A stretch of 43,538 nt of DNA from a virus (Duplodnaviria > Heunggongvirae > Uroviricota > Caudoviricetes): IMG/VR virus record IMGVR_UViG_2687453364_000004; one strand, 5' to 3'. Both the position numbers and the translations under genes were made by a program. The notes under the pieces were generated by a model, which ran no database searches, was not told the DNA's origin, and saw nothing but the letters and a program-made list of their open reading frames with translations. How positions within the stretch are numbered: the stretch's first letter is position 1; the number at the start of each line of letters is the position of its first letter. Positions 42,407 to 43,538 of this stretch are shown in pieces.

Positions 42407-43538
42407 ACCCCGATCTCACAAAATCTCTATACCCAATTTATATTGCAAATTAGATAAGCGAACCGGAAAGGTATATTGGCAATACAAACATCCACTATCC
42501 GGTCGTTTTCATAGCTTAGGAACTGATGAGAATGAAGCAAAACAAGTTGCTACTGAAGCAAATACCATTATTGCTGAACAACGTACCAGACAAATATTAA
42601 GCGTCAATGAGCGTCTGGAAAGAATGAAAGGCAGGCGCTCAGACATTACGGTGACAGAATGGCTTGATAAATATATTTCTATCCAAGAGGACAGGCTGCA
42701 ACATAATGAACTAAGACCCAACTCCTATCGGCAAAAAGGCAAACCCATTCGTCTTTTCCGTGAGCATTGTGGAATGCAACACCTCAAGGATATTACCGCA
42801 CTTGATATTGCCGAAATAATTGATGCTGTAAAGGCTGAAGGTCATAACAGGATGGCGCAAGTCGTGAGAATGGTGTTGATCGACGTCTTCAAAGAAGCAC
42901 AACACGCAGGACATGTTCCGCCAGGATTTAACCCAGCGCAGGCAACAAAACAACCGCGAAATCGAGTAAACCGCCAAAGATTGTCACTGCCCGAATGGCA
43001 GGCAATATTTGACAGCGTAAGCAGACGGCAGCCCTATTTAAAATGCGGCATGCTACTTGCTCTTGTTACTGGACAACGTTTAGGCGATATCTGCAATTTG
43101 AAATTCTCTGATATATGGGACGACATGTTGCACATTACTCAGGAAAAAACCGGTTCAAAACTTGCTATTCCGCTTAACCTGAAATGCGATGCTCTGAATA
43201 TTACCCTTCGTGAAGTTATATCTCAGTGCAGGGATGCTGTTGTTAGTAAATATCTGGTCCATTACCGTCACACTACCTCTCAAGCAAACAGAGGAGACCA
43301 GGTTTCTGCAAATACTCTGACAACGGCTTTTAAAAAGGCCCGGGAAAAATGTGGCATAAAATGGGAGCAAGGAACTGCGCCCACATTTCATGAGCAGCGA
43401 TCTCTGTCAGAACGGTTATATCGGGAACAGGGTCTGGATACGCAAAAGTTGTTAGGCCATAAATCCAGAAAAATGACCGACCGATACAATGATGATCGTG
43501 GTAAAGACTGGATTATCGTAGATATCAAAACAGCATAG
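42396..43538 (+). CDS. int: lambda-family tyrosine integrase
   Basis: 380 aa; the N-terminus (RPRSHKISIPNLYCKLDKRTGKVYWQYKHPLSGRFHSLGTD) parallels lambda Int; catalytic region with TGQRLGDIC, HEQRSLSERLY and LLGHKS...Y as in lambda Int (~45% identity estimated by eye); the stop is the last codon of the window. Confidence 0.9.
   Translation: MAARPRSHKISIPNLYCKLDKRTGKVYWQYKHPLSGRFHSLGTDENEAKQVATEANTIIAEQRTRQILSVNERLERMKGRRSDITVTEWLDKYISIQEDRLQHNELRPNSYRQKGKPIRLFREHCGMQHLKDITALDIAEIIDAVKAEGHNRMAQVVRMVLIDVFKEAQHAGHVPPGFNPAQATKQPRNRVNRQRLSLPEWQAIFDSVSRRQPYLKCGMLLALVTGQRLGDICNLKFSDIWDDMLHITQEKTGSKLAIPLNLKCDALNITLREVISQCRDAVVSKYLVHYRHTTSQANRGDQVSANTLTTAFKKAREKCGIKWEQGTAPTFHEQRSLSERLYREQGLDTQKLLGHKSRKMTDRYNDDRGKDWIIVDIKTA

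Overview
The window is almost entirely one lambda-like (lambdoid) prophage, lying in reverse orientation relative to the usual lambda map. All coordinates come from the supplied ORF track or from reading the sequence by eye; elements without an ORF anchor may be off by 1-2 nt. No search or computation was run, so all homology statements rest on recalled protein sequences and motifs. Left to right: two small unknown genes (92-676), side tail fibre stf and the lambda J-I-K-L-M-H-T/G-V-U-Z-FII-FI-E-D-C/Nu3-B-W-A-Nu1 morphogenesis block on the minus strand (673-21518), cos (~21696-21708), a moron cluster with a TonB-C-like lipoprotein and bor, the lysis cassette (Rz/Rz1, R, a non-lambda holin), a non-lambda Q with its own late promoter/terminator region, DLP12-like nin genes (ylcG, rusA, ybcO, ninE, ybcN), then a ~6 kb AT-rich cargo insertion (27242-33283). 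That insertion carries a lipoprotein esterase and a 1421-aa intimin/invasin-family (FdeC-like) adhesin with three near-identical 357-bp tandem repeats, and is the most notable feature. Beyond it lie lambda-type P and a chimeric O with iterons, a YdaT-type CII analogue, a Cro-like gene, a CI-like repressor, an early-left operon with no N gene (gam, bet, exo, small lambda-like orfs), an IS911 copy that splits a TraR/DksA-like gene, an ASCH-domain gene, xis and int (int stops at the last base of the window, so the attachment sites lie outside it). The Z frameshift, the IS911 insertion and the missing N suggest a degraded prophage that retains cargo genes.
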